The position numbers and the translations under genes are program-made. This document shows, piece by piece, positions 49,498 to 61,178 of a DNA stretch of 64,000 bases. The first letter of the stretch is position 1; each line of letters starts with the position of its first letter. The notes under the pieces are model-generated. The model did not search any database. It was not told the origin of the DNA and was given only the letters and a program-made list of their open reading frames with translations. The stretch comes from Macrostomum lignano (lineage: Eukaryota), in contig NIVC01001868.1 in the NCBI GenBank assembly GCA_002269645.1, forward strand, positions 62,001 to 126,000, given 5' to 3'.

Positions 49498-50772
49498 TCA
49501 GATCTTCGTGAGCAGCCGGCAGGAGGACGAAGCGTCAACCTTGCTGCTGTCCTCCTCGGCGTTCACAGACTTGACAACGTTGTCCACAACGTGCATAGAG
49601 AACCGGCGACAGCGGACGCTGCCAAGAACGGCTGTCAGATCGATGTCCATGCCCAGGGCTTTGGCGAACTCTGCCCGACTGTCGGCCAGCATCAGCACCT
49701 GGCAGTTTGGAATTGATTTAGGAAATTTTAAAACTATCGTTTCTACTTGCAGTAGCGTACAAAGCCTTTCACCTAACGTTAATCACTCAATGCTGGATTT
49801 TTAATAACAAATTGGTGCAGAATAAGGAATAATACTCGTATTCTCGAAGAGAAAGTCTCGAGCCACGACCTCTGGTTCGATTCCTTCCTCAGGCACAGTG
49901 TACATGCCTGACGATTAGAAAGTTAGGGCCGCTGTACGAACTGTGTCTGCGTACAGCAGGAGTCGGCAGACTTTTTTTACCTGAAGCGACCAGATAAAGA
50001 ATCAGGATCATTGCTGCAGGCCGGATGAGACAGGAAAGCAGAGGAGAGCAGATAGAAAAGGAAAGAAGAGATGAAAGATGACAGAAGAGAGGAGAGATGA
50101 GTGTTATGATGAGAGAAGATGAGAGGAGAGAAAATACAGGAGAGCAAAACAGAGGAGATCAGAGCAGAGAGGAGAGGAAGGGAGAGGAGGAGAGGGTAGG
50201 AGAGAAGAGGAGAGAGGAGAGGAAAAGGAGGAGAAGAGAGGAGAGAAGAGGAGAGAGGAGATGAGAGGAGAGAGGAGAGGAAAGTAAAGGAGAAAAGCGT
50301 AGAGAACTGAGAAGGGAAGCTTACCCTGAGGGAGCCGGGTTGATATTCTAAAGTTTCAAAGGACCTGAGGGCTGGACAGAGGCTTCGCGGTCCAAAGTTT
50401 GCCGACTTCTAGCTTACAGTATTGGCGCGCTTGCATGTGCTGAGGAGTATTGTGCTGAGGAATATTATCATGAGTCAAGCAACTAACCTTGTCACCAGAT
50501 CCCAGGGCGCCAGCCCAGGCGGCCATCACGAACGGATCGTTAACAGCCACGCAGATCACCAGGTCGACACCTTTGGCTTTGAGCTTGTCAAAGTCGGCTA
50601 CAAAGCCGGGCAGGTGGCTGCTGTGGCAGGTCGGCGTGAAAGCTCCGGGGACGCCGACAATGACAACCGACTTGCCGGCGCAGAGCTCGTCAATGCGGAC
50701 CGGCTTGTTAGGAGCGCCGTCGAACAGAGTGACCTGCGGCAGTCGGTCGCCTGGCTTCACTTGGCTGGTCAT
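49498..50772 (-). CDS. PRDX5: Peroxiredoxin-5-like (atypical/type II Prx), 2 exons, 161 aa
   Basis: Exons 50772-50488 and 49698-49498 (AAG|gttagt ... ctgccag|GTG). Motifs VPGAFTPTC..SHLPGF, CVAVNDPFVM.AW, MLAD and RRFSM. Confidence 0.96.
49810..49980 (+). mobile_element. Possible tRNA-derived SINE or Pol III unit in the PRDX5 intron
   Basis: Exact B-box GGTTCGATTCC at 49874-49884, A-box-like TGGTGCAGAATAAGG ~60 nt upstream and a T7 run at ~49972-49978. No cloverleaf was evident. Confidence 0.35.
50035..50325. repeat. Polypurine (GA-rich) low-complexity tract in the PRDX5 intron
   Basis: Almost only A and G on the + strand (GAGGA/GAGAG). Confidence 0.9.
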
Positions 50773-50934
50773 GGCTGTTTAGCTTAGCTGAAGTGGCAGA
50801 AATTTGCACATCAATTAGGTAGTTAAGTTTGCATAGCAGCCTGTTAGCCCCGGAGACACGCAGTCATGCCCAAGCGCAAGCTATTTGTACAACAGGCAAC
50901 AAATCAATGACGCGAGAGTCAGCTGTTCGGTTTC

Positions 50935-51385
50935 CACTACAGATACTAAAACAACTAGATGGGCCACTCAGGCATATATATTTAGTAAAACAGCTTTCTA
51001 CTTTCAGTTCAGTAGCAAAGAAGAATACATAAGCTATTTTATAAAAATAAAGACAATTGAAACAACTTTGATAAGTTTAGAAGCCCAAGCTTGCAGGCAG
51101 GCGTAAACAACTTGCTAATTGGTTCAGCAATAATGTACATAAGCCTGTCCACTGAAATGTACATTGCAGCTTTAGGCTGGAATTCCCAGAAAGGCAGTAA
51201 AGATTGGGGCGTGGGTAGTGTGGAAAGGCGCTGTTGGAGGGTTAAGACTGAGGGATAAAAGCCAATAAATGAGCCTTGGCTTTAAAAATACATTAAAATG
51301 CATCTTTTTAACTTACTACTGAACTGAAAGTAGCTTACACGCAAATTTACTGAGTGGCGCATCTAGCTATTCTAGTATCTGTGGT
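50935..51385. mobile_element. Imperfect inverted repeat (MITE-like) upstream of PRDX5
   Basis: 50935-51016 pairs with 51316-51385 (CTACTGAACTGAAAGTAG and CTGAGTGGC.CATCTAG..TT.TAGTATCTGT.GT). No TSD seen. Confidence 0.55.
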
Positions 51386-51689
51386 CCCCACCGAAATTAT
51401 AATTTATTTAGTTCGAATTTCTTTATATCTTGTATATAAACAAGCATAACATTCGTAAGATAGCAAAATTTCTTAATGAGTAGTATATGACGTAAAATAT
51501 TCAACCTGGTTTGTGTTAGGAGCAAGTAAGGCATGAGACGATCTTTATTATAAAATCTGCAAAAAATCTGAAAAATTGAGCAAAAATACAGGATTAATCT
51601 CGTAGAAATCTGGAAGACAAAAATGTTGATTTGAAAAAAGTATAGGCAGTAAACACTCTAATTAAGCATATGGAATGGCCTTGAATATT

Positions 51690-52100
51690 CAACTGTCGAT
51701 GGTCTAAAGTATTCAGCTGTCTATGGCCTAGAGTATTCACCAGTCTATGACCTAGATTATTCACCAGTCTATGGCCTAGAGTATTCACCAGTCTATGACC
51801 TAGAGTATTCACCAGTCTATGGCCTAGAGTATTCACCAGTCTATGGCCTAGAGTATTCACCAGTCTATGGCCTAGAGTATTCACCAGTCTATGGCCTAGA
51901 GTATTCACCTGTCTATGGCGATGGCCTAGTTAGAGTATTCACCTGTCTATGGCATAGACTATTCAGCTGTCTATGGCCTAGAATATTCACCTGTCTATGG
52001 CATAGAGTATTCACCAGTCTATGGCCTAGAGTATTCAGCTGTCTATGGCCTAGAGTATTCAGCTGTCTATGGCCTAGAGTATTCAGCTGTCTATGGCCTA
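51690..52100. repeat. 24-bp minisatellite (CTATGGCCTAGAGTATTCACCAGT)
   Basis: About 16 copies. Confidence 0.94.
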
Positions 52101-52253
52101 GCGTTAAAACAACATTTCTAAGTAAAAAATAATACAAAATAGACGCTCGAAATGTTAATAATGAACTGGTAAAATGAAAAATAGACAAGATCCGATAATA
52201 CGAGATTCAGCAGTTTGGCTACAGACAGAAGCAAAAAAACACAATATGAATTG

Positions 52254-55200
52254 TCACAGGTAGCTCAGCCCATCCAGAGCATTGAGAAGATTGCGCCAAA
52301 CTGGCCAAGTACGACGACTACGCCAATTCCCAACGCAACCAACTAGAGGTTGAAATACGAAAACTCCGTTTTGCCCATCAACATCGGGGCCAAGCTGGCG
52401 AAGCTGCTCGACGCTCTCGGGCTGCTCTAAGCACCACAATATGAGCAGGTCAGGGCGATAGCGAGCGGCGTCGGTCACCAGGCGAATTGAACTGCTATAG
52501 AATTCGTCATCAGCATCAGCCTCGCTACTAAGCAGGCAGACTACAGCGCCGATGCTTTCCTGCAGATTGGGGAGAGAAGTGGTTGTGAGACTAGCGGTGA
52601 GATCGGGGGGAGGGCGGGTACTAACTTGATTAGAGGACGGGAACTGGCTTGATTAGAGACAGGGTACTGGCTTGATTAGAGACAGGGTGTTGGCTTGATT
52701 AGAGACAGGGTGCTGGCTTGATTAGAGACAGGGTACTGGCTTGATTAGATGGCGGGTACTAACTTGATTAGAGGACGGGTACTGGCTTGATTAGAGACAG
52801 GGTACTGGCTTGATTAGAGACAGGGTGCTGGCTTGATTAGAGACAGGGTACTGGCTTGATTAGAGACAGGGTACTGGCTTGATTAGAGAGAGGGTGCTGG
52901 CTTGATTAGAGACAGGGTGCTGGCTTGATTAGAGACAGGGTACTGGCTTGATTAGAGACAGGGTACTGGCTTGATTAGATGGCGGGTACTAACTTGATTA
53001 GAGGACGGGTACTGGCTTAATTAGAGACAGGGTACTGGCTTGATTAGAGACAGGGTGCTGGCTTGATTAGAGACAGGGTACTGGCTTGATTAGAGACAGG
53101 GTACTGGCTTGATTAGAGACAGGGTGCTGGCTTGATTAGAGACAGGGTGCTGGCTTGATTAGAGACAGGGTGTTGGCTTGATTAGAGACAGGGTGTTGGC
53201 TTGATTAGAGACAGGGTGTTGGCTTGATTAGAGACAGGGTGTTGGCTTGATTAGAGACAGGGTGTTGGCTTGATTAGAGACAGGGTGTTGGCTTGATTAG
53301 AGAGAGGGTGTTGGTTTGATTAGAGACAGGGTGTTGGCTTGATTAGAGAGAGGGTGTTGGTTTGATTAGAGACAGGGTGTTGGCTTGATTAGAGAGAGGG
53401 TGTTGGCTTGATTAGAGACAGGGTGCTGGCTTGATTAGAGACAGGGTGCTGGCTTGATTAGAGACAGGGTACTGGCTTGATTAGAGACAGGGTGCTGGCT
53501 TGATTAGAGACAGGGTACTGGCTTGATTAGAGACAGGGTACTGGCTTGATTAGAGACAGGGTACTGGCTTGATTAGAGACAGGGTGCTGGCTTGATTAGA
53601 GACAGGGTACTGGCTTGATTAGAGACAGGGTACTGGCTTGATTAGAGGGCGGTTTAAAAGCAGCATTTCAGTTTCCAAGTTTTAAAAGCCAAGGCTTTGA
53701 TGAGATGGCAATCAGCCAAAAACCAAACCCACGGATCGCAACAAAGACTGCTGCGCTTGCAAAACTTCCTCGTCGGAGAAGCCGTTAAAATTCCGACAGG
53801 GGGCGATGAAGAAGTTTCTGTAGCACAGTGTTTTTAGAGAAGTGGCGCCAGACATTGTGATGAGCTCCTGGCACCTGGCAGGTAGGAATAGCCAACAAAA
53901 TCTAGTGAGTTTTAGGAAACAAAAGTAAGGATATTTTCAGAGAGAGGGTAACCTCATAAACTTCTCATGGCTGGCTATACTCCTAGAAGTGGAATTCTCA
54001 TGGCGGGGGAATCTCATAGGACTGGAATTCTCATGGCGGGGGGAATCTCATAGGATTGGAATTCTCATGGCGGGGGGAATATCACAGGACTGGAATTTTT
54101 ATAGTGGGGGAATCTGATAGGATTGGAATTCTCATGGCGGGGGGAATCTCATAGGATTGGAATTCTCATGGCGGGGGGAATATCACAGGACTGGAATTTT
54201 TATAGTGGGGGGAATCTGATAGGATTGGAATTCTCATGGCGGGGGGAATATCACAGGACTGGAATTTTTATAGTGGGGGGAATCTGATAGGATTGGAATT
54301 CTCATGGCGGGGGAATATCACAGGACTGGAATTTTTATAGTGGGGGGAATCTGATAGGATTGGAATTCTCATGGCGGGGGGAATATCACAGGACTGGAAT
54401 TTTTATAGTGGGGGGAATCTGATAGGATTGGAATTCTCATGGCGGGGGAATATCACAGGACTGGAATTTTTATAGTGGGGGGAATCTGATAGGATTGGAA
54501 TTCTCATGGCGGGGGGAATATCACAGGACTGGAATTTTTATAGTGGGGGGAATCTGATAGGATTGGAATTCTCATGGCGGGGGGAATATCACAGGACTGG
54601 AATTTTTATAGTGGGGGAATCTGATAGGATTGGAATTCTCATGGCGGGGGGAATATCACAGGACTGGAATTTTCATGGCGGGGGGAATCTCATAGGACTG
54701 GAATTTTCATGGCGGGGGGAATATCACAGGACTGGAATTTTTATGGTGGGGGGAATCTCATAGGATTGGAATTCTCATGGAGGGGGGAATCTCATAGGAT
54801 TGGAATTCTCATGGTGGGGGGAATCTCACAGGACTGGAATTTTTATGATGGGGGGAATCTCATAGGATTGGAATTCTCATGGTGGAGGGAATCTCACAGG
54901 ACTGGAATTTTCATGGCGGGGGAAATCTCATAGGATTGGAATTCTCATGGTGGGGGGAATCTCATAGGATTGGAATTTTCACGGTGGGGGAAATCTCATA
55001 GGATTAGAATTCTCTAGTCTTAGAAATCTCAGGGCTAGAAGTCTCAGGGCAATATAACTTTAATCCGAGCAAATCTAATGTCAAAAGGTGCGTGAAAAAT
55101 TAACTGCCGAGCCACAAAGAAGCTGGCAAACCTCTGGCTGGGCCGACCGCCCGGCTGAGGGTCCACAATGAGAACCGGTAGCCGAGGCACAAGCAGAGGC

Positions 55201-56249
55201 AGGTTGAGCAGCCGATGCTGCCGTAAGGTCAGCCGGCAGCAGGGTGGCCGTGCAGGCAGCTCCAGTTTGGACAGGGCGCGCAGCAAGTAGAAGCCAAGAA
55301 TTTTGAATTGGCACCGGCAGGCGGCCAGAATAACAAATCCCATCTCCGCGTTCGCGAGCCTTTTCAAGGCGACCTTGACAACGTTGGGCTGGCAGAGGGG
55401 CGGGCGAGTATGTTTGAGCTCGCATACGCTATGCTATTGCATTCGCCTATCTTCGCCTACCACCTACCTACTTCGTACCAACAATGTTTAGATGTTTAGA
55501 GTTAAGAGTCAATGTTTAAAGTCACTGGTAGCCTCCAGGATACTGCACCCCACTAGAACCCTATTAGTTTCCCATAATTAGAAGCTGGCACTCACGTCTC
55601 TGCACTCGATAGGCGAGATGACCATAGCAGCTAACAGAAGCTGTTGAAATCCTTCAACGAACAGCGCCGGATTATTCCATTTACGGCAATCCCTAAGGAA
55701 GTCCTGAACAGTTTGAAAATAACGGCCGCGCTTTCCAAGACGCTTAGCATCGGCCAGTGTCAGCCGCAATAGGCGCTCTGTGTCTGGACTGCGAGTATTC
55801 AGCAGTGCAAATATTCCTTCTCTGAATTCAGCGGTAGTAGCAGCTGAATTGTAGCTGGCCAGCCTGTACCTGGACGCCATCTGAGCATACTGAGCATCTG
55901 GCAGCAGGATTCCTTCTCTATTAACTAAAACCTGATTGGGTATGTCAGGCAGGATCTCAGGAATAGTCAGCATTAGACTGGAAGCCAATTTCAGTACAAT
56001 AGAACTAGGCTGGAGATGTGGCTGCTCATCAGAATTTGAGATGGCTATTTCATATAATGGCTGCAATACTGGATGATCAATACTTCCTACTGTTATCATA
56101 TGTTGTGTTAGATGCTCCTGAATTGTATTTATTGTCGATTCTCTATAATTAGAACTTATAGAATCGTAAAGAAAATTTGCAAATATCTCTGTTGGTGCCT
56201 CATTTAGTTGTATAGGCTCATATTGTATTAAAGGAATTGCTTCTCCCAT
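52254..56249 (-). CDS. Uncharacterised ~452-aa protein, possibly a degenerate HDAC/arginase-fold protein, at least 4 exons
   Basis: Exons 56249-55596, 55388-55132, 53874-53733 and 52559-52254 join in frame with GT-AG ends. The start codon is uncertain and the family call is tentative. Confidence 0.7.
52610..53650. repeat. 23-bp minisatellite (GGCTTGATTAGAGACAGGGTACT) in an intron
   Basis: About 44 copies. Confidence 0.96.
53985..55010. repeat. ~31-33-bp alternating-unit minisatellite (GGAATTCTCATGGCGGGGGGAAT...) in an intron
   Basis: Two subunits alternate, giving a ~64-bp dimer. Confidence 0.94.
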
Positions 56250-57427
56250 TTTTAGTGCTCCAATCAATTGCTTTACAAAACCATAAGTAGAAATAGTATG
56301 TGCATTTTAGTTCAATTTTGATTTGATCAGTGACAAAAATTTACTTTATTTCAATTAAAGGATTATTTTATTTTATTTGAACCAAAAAATAATACATAAA
56401 TTTAATATCATAAAAAACAAACTTCATAATTATAATAATTTAAATTTAGAATAAAACCTAATAATCATCTAACTGAATTGTTATATAGCCATATATAGCC
56501 AGTGATTAAGCCAATAAGCCAAGGAATATAATTTAAAAATCATGTTCATTCAGAAGTGATAAAAAGAAGCAACTATAGAAATAAAGAAGTAAAAGTGACA
56601 CCACAAGGCTATAACCCCTTCAATATCATATAATATCTATAATATTATAATATAGGCCTAAGCAAATATTTTGGGGGTTATATTATAAATCTTGACTGTA
56701 TTAAAAAGAATGCTTATCTTATTTGTTATAATATATTAACAAGTTCCTTTTCTATGCTAATAAAATATATTATAAAAGAAATTCCCACTGCAAGGACATA
56801 GGCCCTTATGCCAACTTTAAATATACTAGTCTCAAGAAAAAAGCATATATAGCAGTATATATTGTATAAACTTGAACTGCAGTTAGTTTTTTTATTGTAT
56901 CTAATAATAAATCTAATACCATATTTACATAATGATCATATTCATTTAAGAAAAAATTAGTTGCTATTCATATATATATGCTGCTATCTATATCCTAAAG
57001 AAATTAACTGCAGTTCAAGTTTATATAAAGATATATATATATAAACTTTTGATTCTTAGAATGCTTTGGTTCTTAATTTTTTATTATATATCAAACTTTC
57101 ATGCAAGGTTATATATACATTAAGATACATATACATATCAGAGCTAATGAACAAATTTAGAAAACAGAAGATAGCTAAATAGCATATATGACTATATGCT
57201 ATTTCAAAGACAAGGCTAGGAACCATGGAATAGGAGGCAGCAAAGGTAGCTACCCCATTGATTTTGATTTGGGAGGGCATTGCAATCCTCAATATTATTC
57301 AATAGCATAATTATTCTTACATTTTAAATGGTTCCCTCAAATTCCTAAGTCCAAGAGTAGAGCCCCCTTTTCTTTATATAGAAAAAGTTTGATTCTAGTT
57401 TTTTTCTCAAATTCTATATCATTGTTT

Positions 57428-58946
57428 GAGATAGTTCCTAGACACTTCATCATCTTACCACTTCCTCATCTAGATGATAAAGTGACCATGGTTTTTGGAT
57501 GCTTTGTCATACCAAAAAATTGTTAAAAATCTAGATGATGAAGTGACCTAATTTTGAGGACACTTTGCAAAGCTGTAAATTGTTATTTGATTGTTCTTGT
57601 TATAAATATAAATTGTTACTCAATCAATAGTCTGTAAAATATAGGATTTGAGCTTAGAGATTCAGCTTGTTGCTATAATTGGAATCTAAATGCTTACTAT
57701 ATATATGCAAATGTTCATTGTAATTTTATTCTATGGGTGCAAACTTGCCATATATAGCATATGGGCCTCCAGCAAGCCTATCTTAAGGATCCTGGCATAT
57801 GAGAATTCTGCCACTTGCTGATGGCACTGCCTTATCTACCAGGTGAACACATGGCTGATGGGCTTACCAAGGTTATCACTGGTGTTTAGCCTCCAGAACT
57901 ATTCAACCTTTGCTGAGTACATCACTAGCACATGGCTAAATAGCCCAGTACATAGTGTCCAAGAAAAAGGCATGTTTGCCCAGTCAATTTGAACTAACAA
58001 TGAGTGCGAAGGCTAGCACCAGCAACTAAAGCAGCAGGTGGAGCATACCCAGCTGACTCTATAACCACTGATAGAGTTGCTATACAAGGAAGCTTAGCTT
58101 GTGCTAGTTTATACCTCCTTAGTACATGAGCAAGGAGCCCAAAAGTGTCAATGCAAGTTGCATTACCAGCAACTGCAGGAGTATATAAAGTGCAACTGGG
58201 CCAAATATTGAGCTGGCAAACTCATCATCTGCAGCTTTCTACTTAGCTGCTTGCACTTAGGTCATATCCCTTGGTTTGGCAATCAAGTGCAACAGGCTAC
58301 CAATGAGTATAAAAATGTAAGTTAGTTCTTGCTTGATTTTTAAAATAAGCCACTGATTATTCTATTTGGTAAATAATTTACAACTGCAATTGTGTAGCTT
58401 TTAAATTTTATGTAAGTATGCTTTTGCTTAATACTATAGCTAGTATTACTAATTTTAGAGTAATTTAAATGCATAGATCTTAATATAATTCTCTTTGTGC
58501 TTTGTGATCTTTGTGCTTATAAATATAGTAGTTGACAACTAGGCCTATCTTTGTGAGTCATAACCCTGCTATTGTTTGATTTCAAGCCTACTAGTTAGAA
58601 GCCCTACTAGTAGGGCAACTATGTAGATATATATATATCTATATAGTTGCCCTCTTTCTTTCATATTCTGGAATATACATTATGTATATATATATAATGT
58701 CTTTTATCTTAATAGCTGCATGTATTCAGATGCAATGTGGCCACTTATATTTATGACTATTGATATGACTTAGCTGACAGTTACATATAACTAAGTTTTT
58801 CAGACAAAGTGTCTAGGGAGTAGATGATAAAGTGTCCACAATGTCAATAGTAAATATTATAAATGACGATGGTAAGATGATGAAGTGTCTAGAAATATGA
58901 GTGGATGATGAAGAGGTAAGATGATAAAGTGTCCAAGAACTGTCTG
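57428..58946 (+). mobile_element. Decayed Mutator (MULE) DNA transposon with a transposase C-terminal remnant
   Basis: ~40-bp imperfect TIRs at 57428-57470 and 58900-58946. Hand translation of 57731-58270 (one +1 shift near 57891) gives GLQQAYLKDPGI*EFCHLLMALPYLP.EH, EYITSTWL, I*TNNECEG*HQQLK, LIELLYKEA and YQQLQ...WAKY*AG, which resembles invertebrate MULE transposases (RTNNxxEGWH). Confidence 0.8.
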
Positions 58947-58953
58947 ATACTGG

Positions 58954-59331
58954 GAGCCTCTTTATATCGCCGGTTCAAAAAATGGAACCGGTTCCGAACC
59001 GGTTCAACGCTCTTCATATCAATGGTTTGAAATACAGAATCAGTTCCGGAACATGGTTCTGGTTCTAGAATATGGTTCAAGAAATTTTCTCGAACCATTG
59101 TCATGTTTACACTTTAACAGTAAAATATATTTGAAATCGTCAATTTTTTATGATTGTTATATAATTATTCATTTTTTGTCATATCCAAGAGGAAACAAAG
59201 TCAAAAATGACAAAATTAAATTGTAAAGACTGTCAAACATAAATGGGTTCGAAGCTCCTCATTTCACACTGGTTCTGGTTCTAGAACTCCAATTTATTCT
59301 GGTTCTAGAACTGATTGCTGTGAAGAGGCTC
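58954..59331. mobile_element. Non-autonomous TIR element rich in GAACCGGTTC/GGTTCT motifs (PIF/Harbinger-like?)
   Basis: Ends GAGCCTCTTTATA and TGTGAAGAGGCTC are inverted and flanked by TGG on both sides; internal GAACCGGTTC palindromes. Confidence 0.5.
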
Positions 59332-61066
59332 TGGGTCTTAGCCTGAGTTTCAAGAACTCTGTTAAATATAACATTTTAATATAACATTAGGGCCTAGGTC
59401 CCCCCCTATCCCCACCAACCCCACCTACTGATGTATTCAAATTCAAATCTGCTGCTACTCTATTCGACTATTGAGGAGCAACTGCAGAGGCCTACACAGT
59501 TATAGCTGTAAGAGGCACAAACTTTTCAAATCCAAATCCAAAGCGAATCTTGCTAGAACAGCTAATCATTTCTGAGATCATGTTACTATAACTAAATTAG
59601 TAAATTACCAGATGAACTATGAAAAGGAAGGTACGAATTAGAATGCGATTAAAATATTTATTCATTCATTCATTCACAAAGATCTTGAATCGTGAATAAA
59701 TAATCTGATATTTTCGAAAAAAATTGTCTACCACTTTATAGCGCTAAGTGACTGTACTGTTCATGCCAAAAACTTTAGATTTAATAGCACCCAGTTGTCA
59801 AATCGGATCCGGGTAAACTCTATTTTTGGAACTCTTATTAGTAGTAATAGTAAGTTTGGCTCAGACAAAAAGCCTTTTGCCCAGTATAAGTCAATGTATT
59901 TATTAATAATTTAAGGAATCAAGAGCAGACATTTAGATGTAAGAGTATCTAATTCTTTTTTATTAAAAATTAAAAATTAACTTTTTAAATTTTCTTTTCT
60001 CGAAATTTTCTCTATTTTCTCGAAAATAAAAGTTTAAACTTGTACGAAAATATCTTATTTTAAGAAAAAAACACTAGAAAATAGTGCTGCTGCAGCTCAC
60101 GAAGTCTCTGTAAACTATATTTCTACCTTCAAGCTGTTTTACACATAAATATTCTAATAATGACAGTATTCTTTCTCTTTTTCAATTTAAATTTTTCAAT
60201 TTTTGAATAATGATGCATTCAGTTGATTGATCATATTCAATTTAAGTATATGGGAAAGATTTCATTTTGTCTAGTTTCCTGCCTTATTAAATTCCATCAG
60301 TTTTTCATTGCCAATGCCTTGCAATCTGAAGACTGAAGACAATAATCATTGCTTGCAGGGACTAGATAGCTAGATAGATGTTCACCTGCACCAACCTTCA
60401 TTGTGCCCTTAGGGCAATTACGTCAGGCCTAGGAGCATTATAATATAGATTTTGTAGTATACAGTAGCAACTCTTCAAGATGTACTTGGAAGAGTTCAAA
60501 TGGCACAAGCTTCATCCCACTAAGCAATTTGGTTAGATGCTCTATTGGATTAGCCACTTAGCCACTATTAGTATTACCCATTTATAACCTAGGCCTACTG
60601 AAATTGTATCTTTGTCTACCTAATAAGTTGTGCTGTTTTTTGAACAGTTGTGACACTAAATGTCCCCCATTACAATATATATACTTTGGCATTCATTAAA
60701 ATGAAAAAAACTGCTTTTTTTATAATTGCTATCCTTTGAATAGAATAGTTGATAAAGTAAGTATATCTGCAAGGTTTTCAACTATTGCCAGCTTAGCAAG
60801 TGCCCCTGTAAGCCTTGATATCTATATCTTAAGTGATTCTTTACAAGCCTTGCTATCTTAGCAATTCCCTTTTCCTAGAGTTAATATCTCAGTAATTCTC
60901 CTAATAAGTCTTGACAATTTAGAAATTTTCCCAAGCAAGCATCTCACAATAGCAAGCAACCTTCTGATAGCCCCTCTGATAGCAAGCACTTTCTAGCAAG
61001 CTAATGTAATAATTTTCTCAATTGGTACAATAGGCCTAATTCCTTTTTTATCAAGTAATTCTTTTC

Positions 61067-61178
61067 GGCTATCCTGTAGTTTCGCACGTTAAATTATTAC
61101 CCCCACCTCCCACCACCCTTGAAAAGAGGGCGAAATAATTCTGTAAAATAATTTAACGTGCGAAACTACAGGATAGCC
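61067..61178. mobile_element. 112-bp MITE with perfect 32-bp TIRs and an 8-bp TSD (Merlin-like)
   Basis: TIR GGCTATCCTGTAGTTTCGCACGTTAAATTATT at 61067-61098 and 61147-61178; TTCTTTTC on both sides. Confidence 0.85.

Noticed and set aside
49860-49900. tRNA gene
   Set aside because: The B box is present, but no acceptor, D or anticodon stems could be folded by eye.
56865-57024. ~28-bp inverted repeat (TATAAACTTGAACTGCAGTTA) as a distinct element
   Set aside because: The repeat is real but short, AT-rich and without a TSD; too little to classify.
60300-60600. Possible second decayed coding remnant in the CpG-void domain
   Set aside because: The composition looks like mutated coding DNA, but no family motif could be recovered with confidence.
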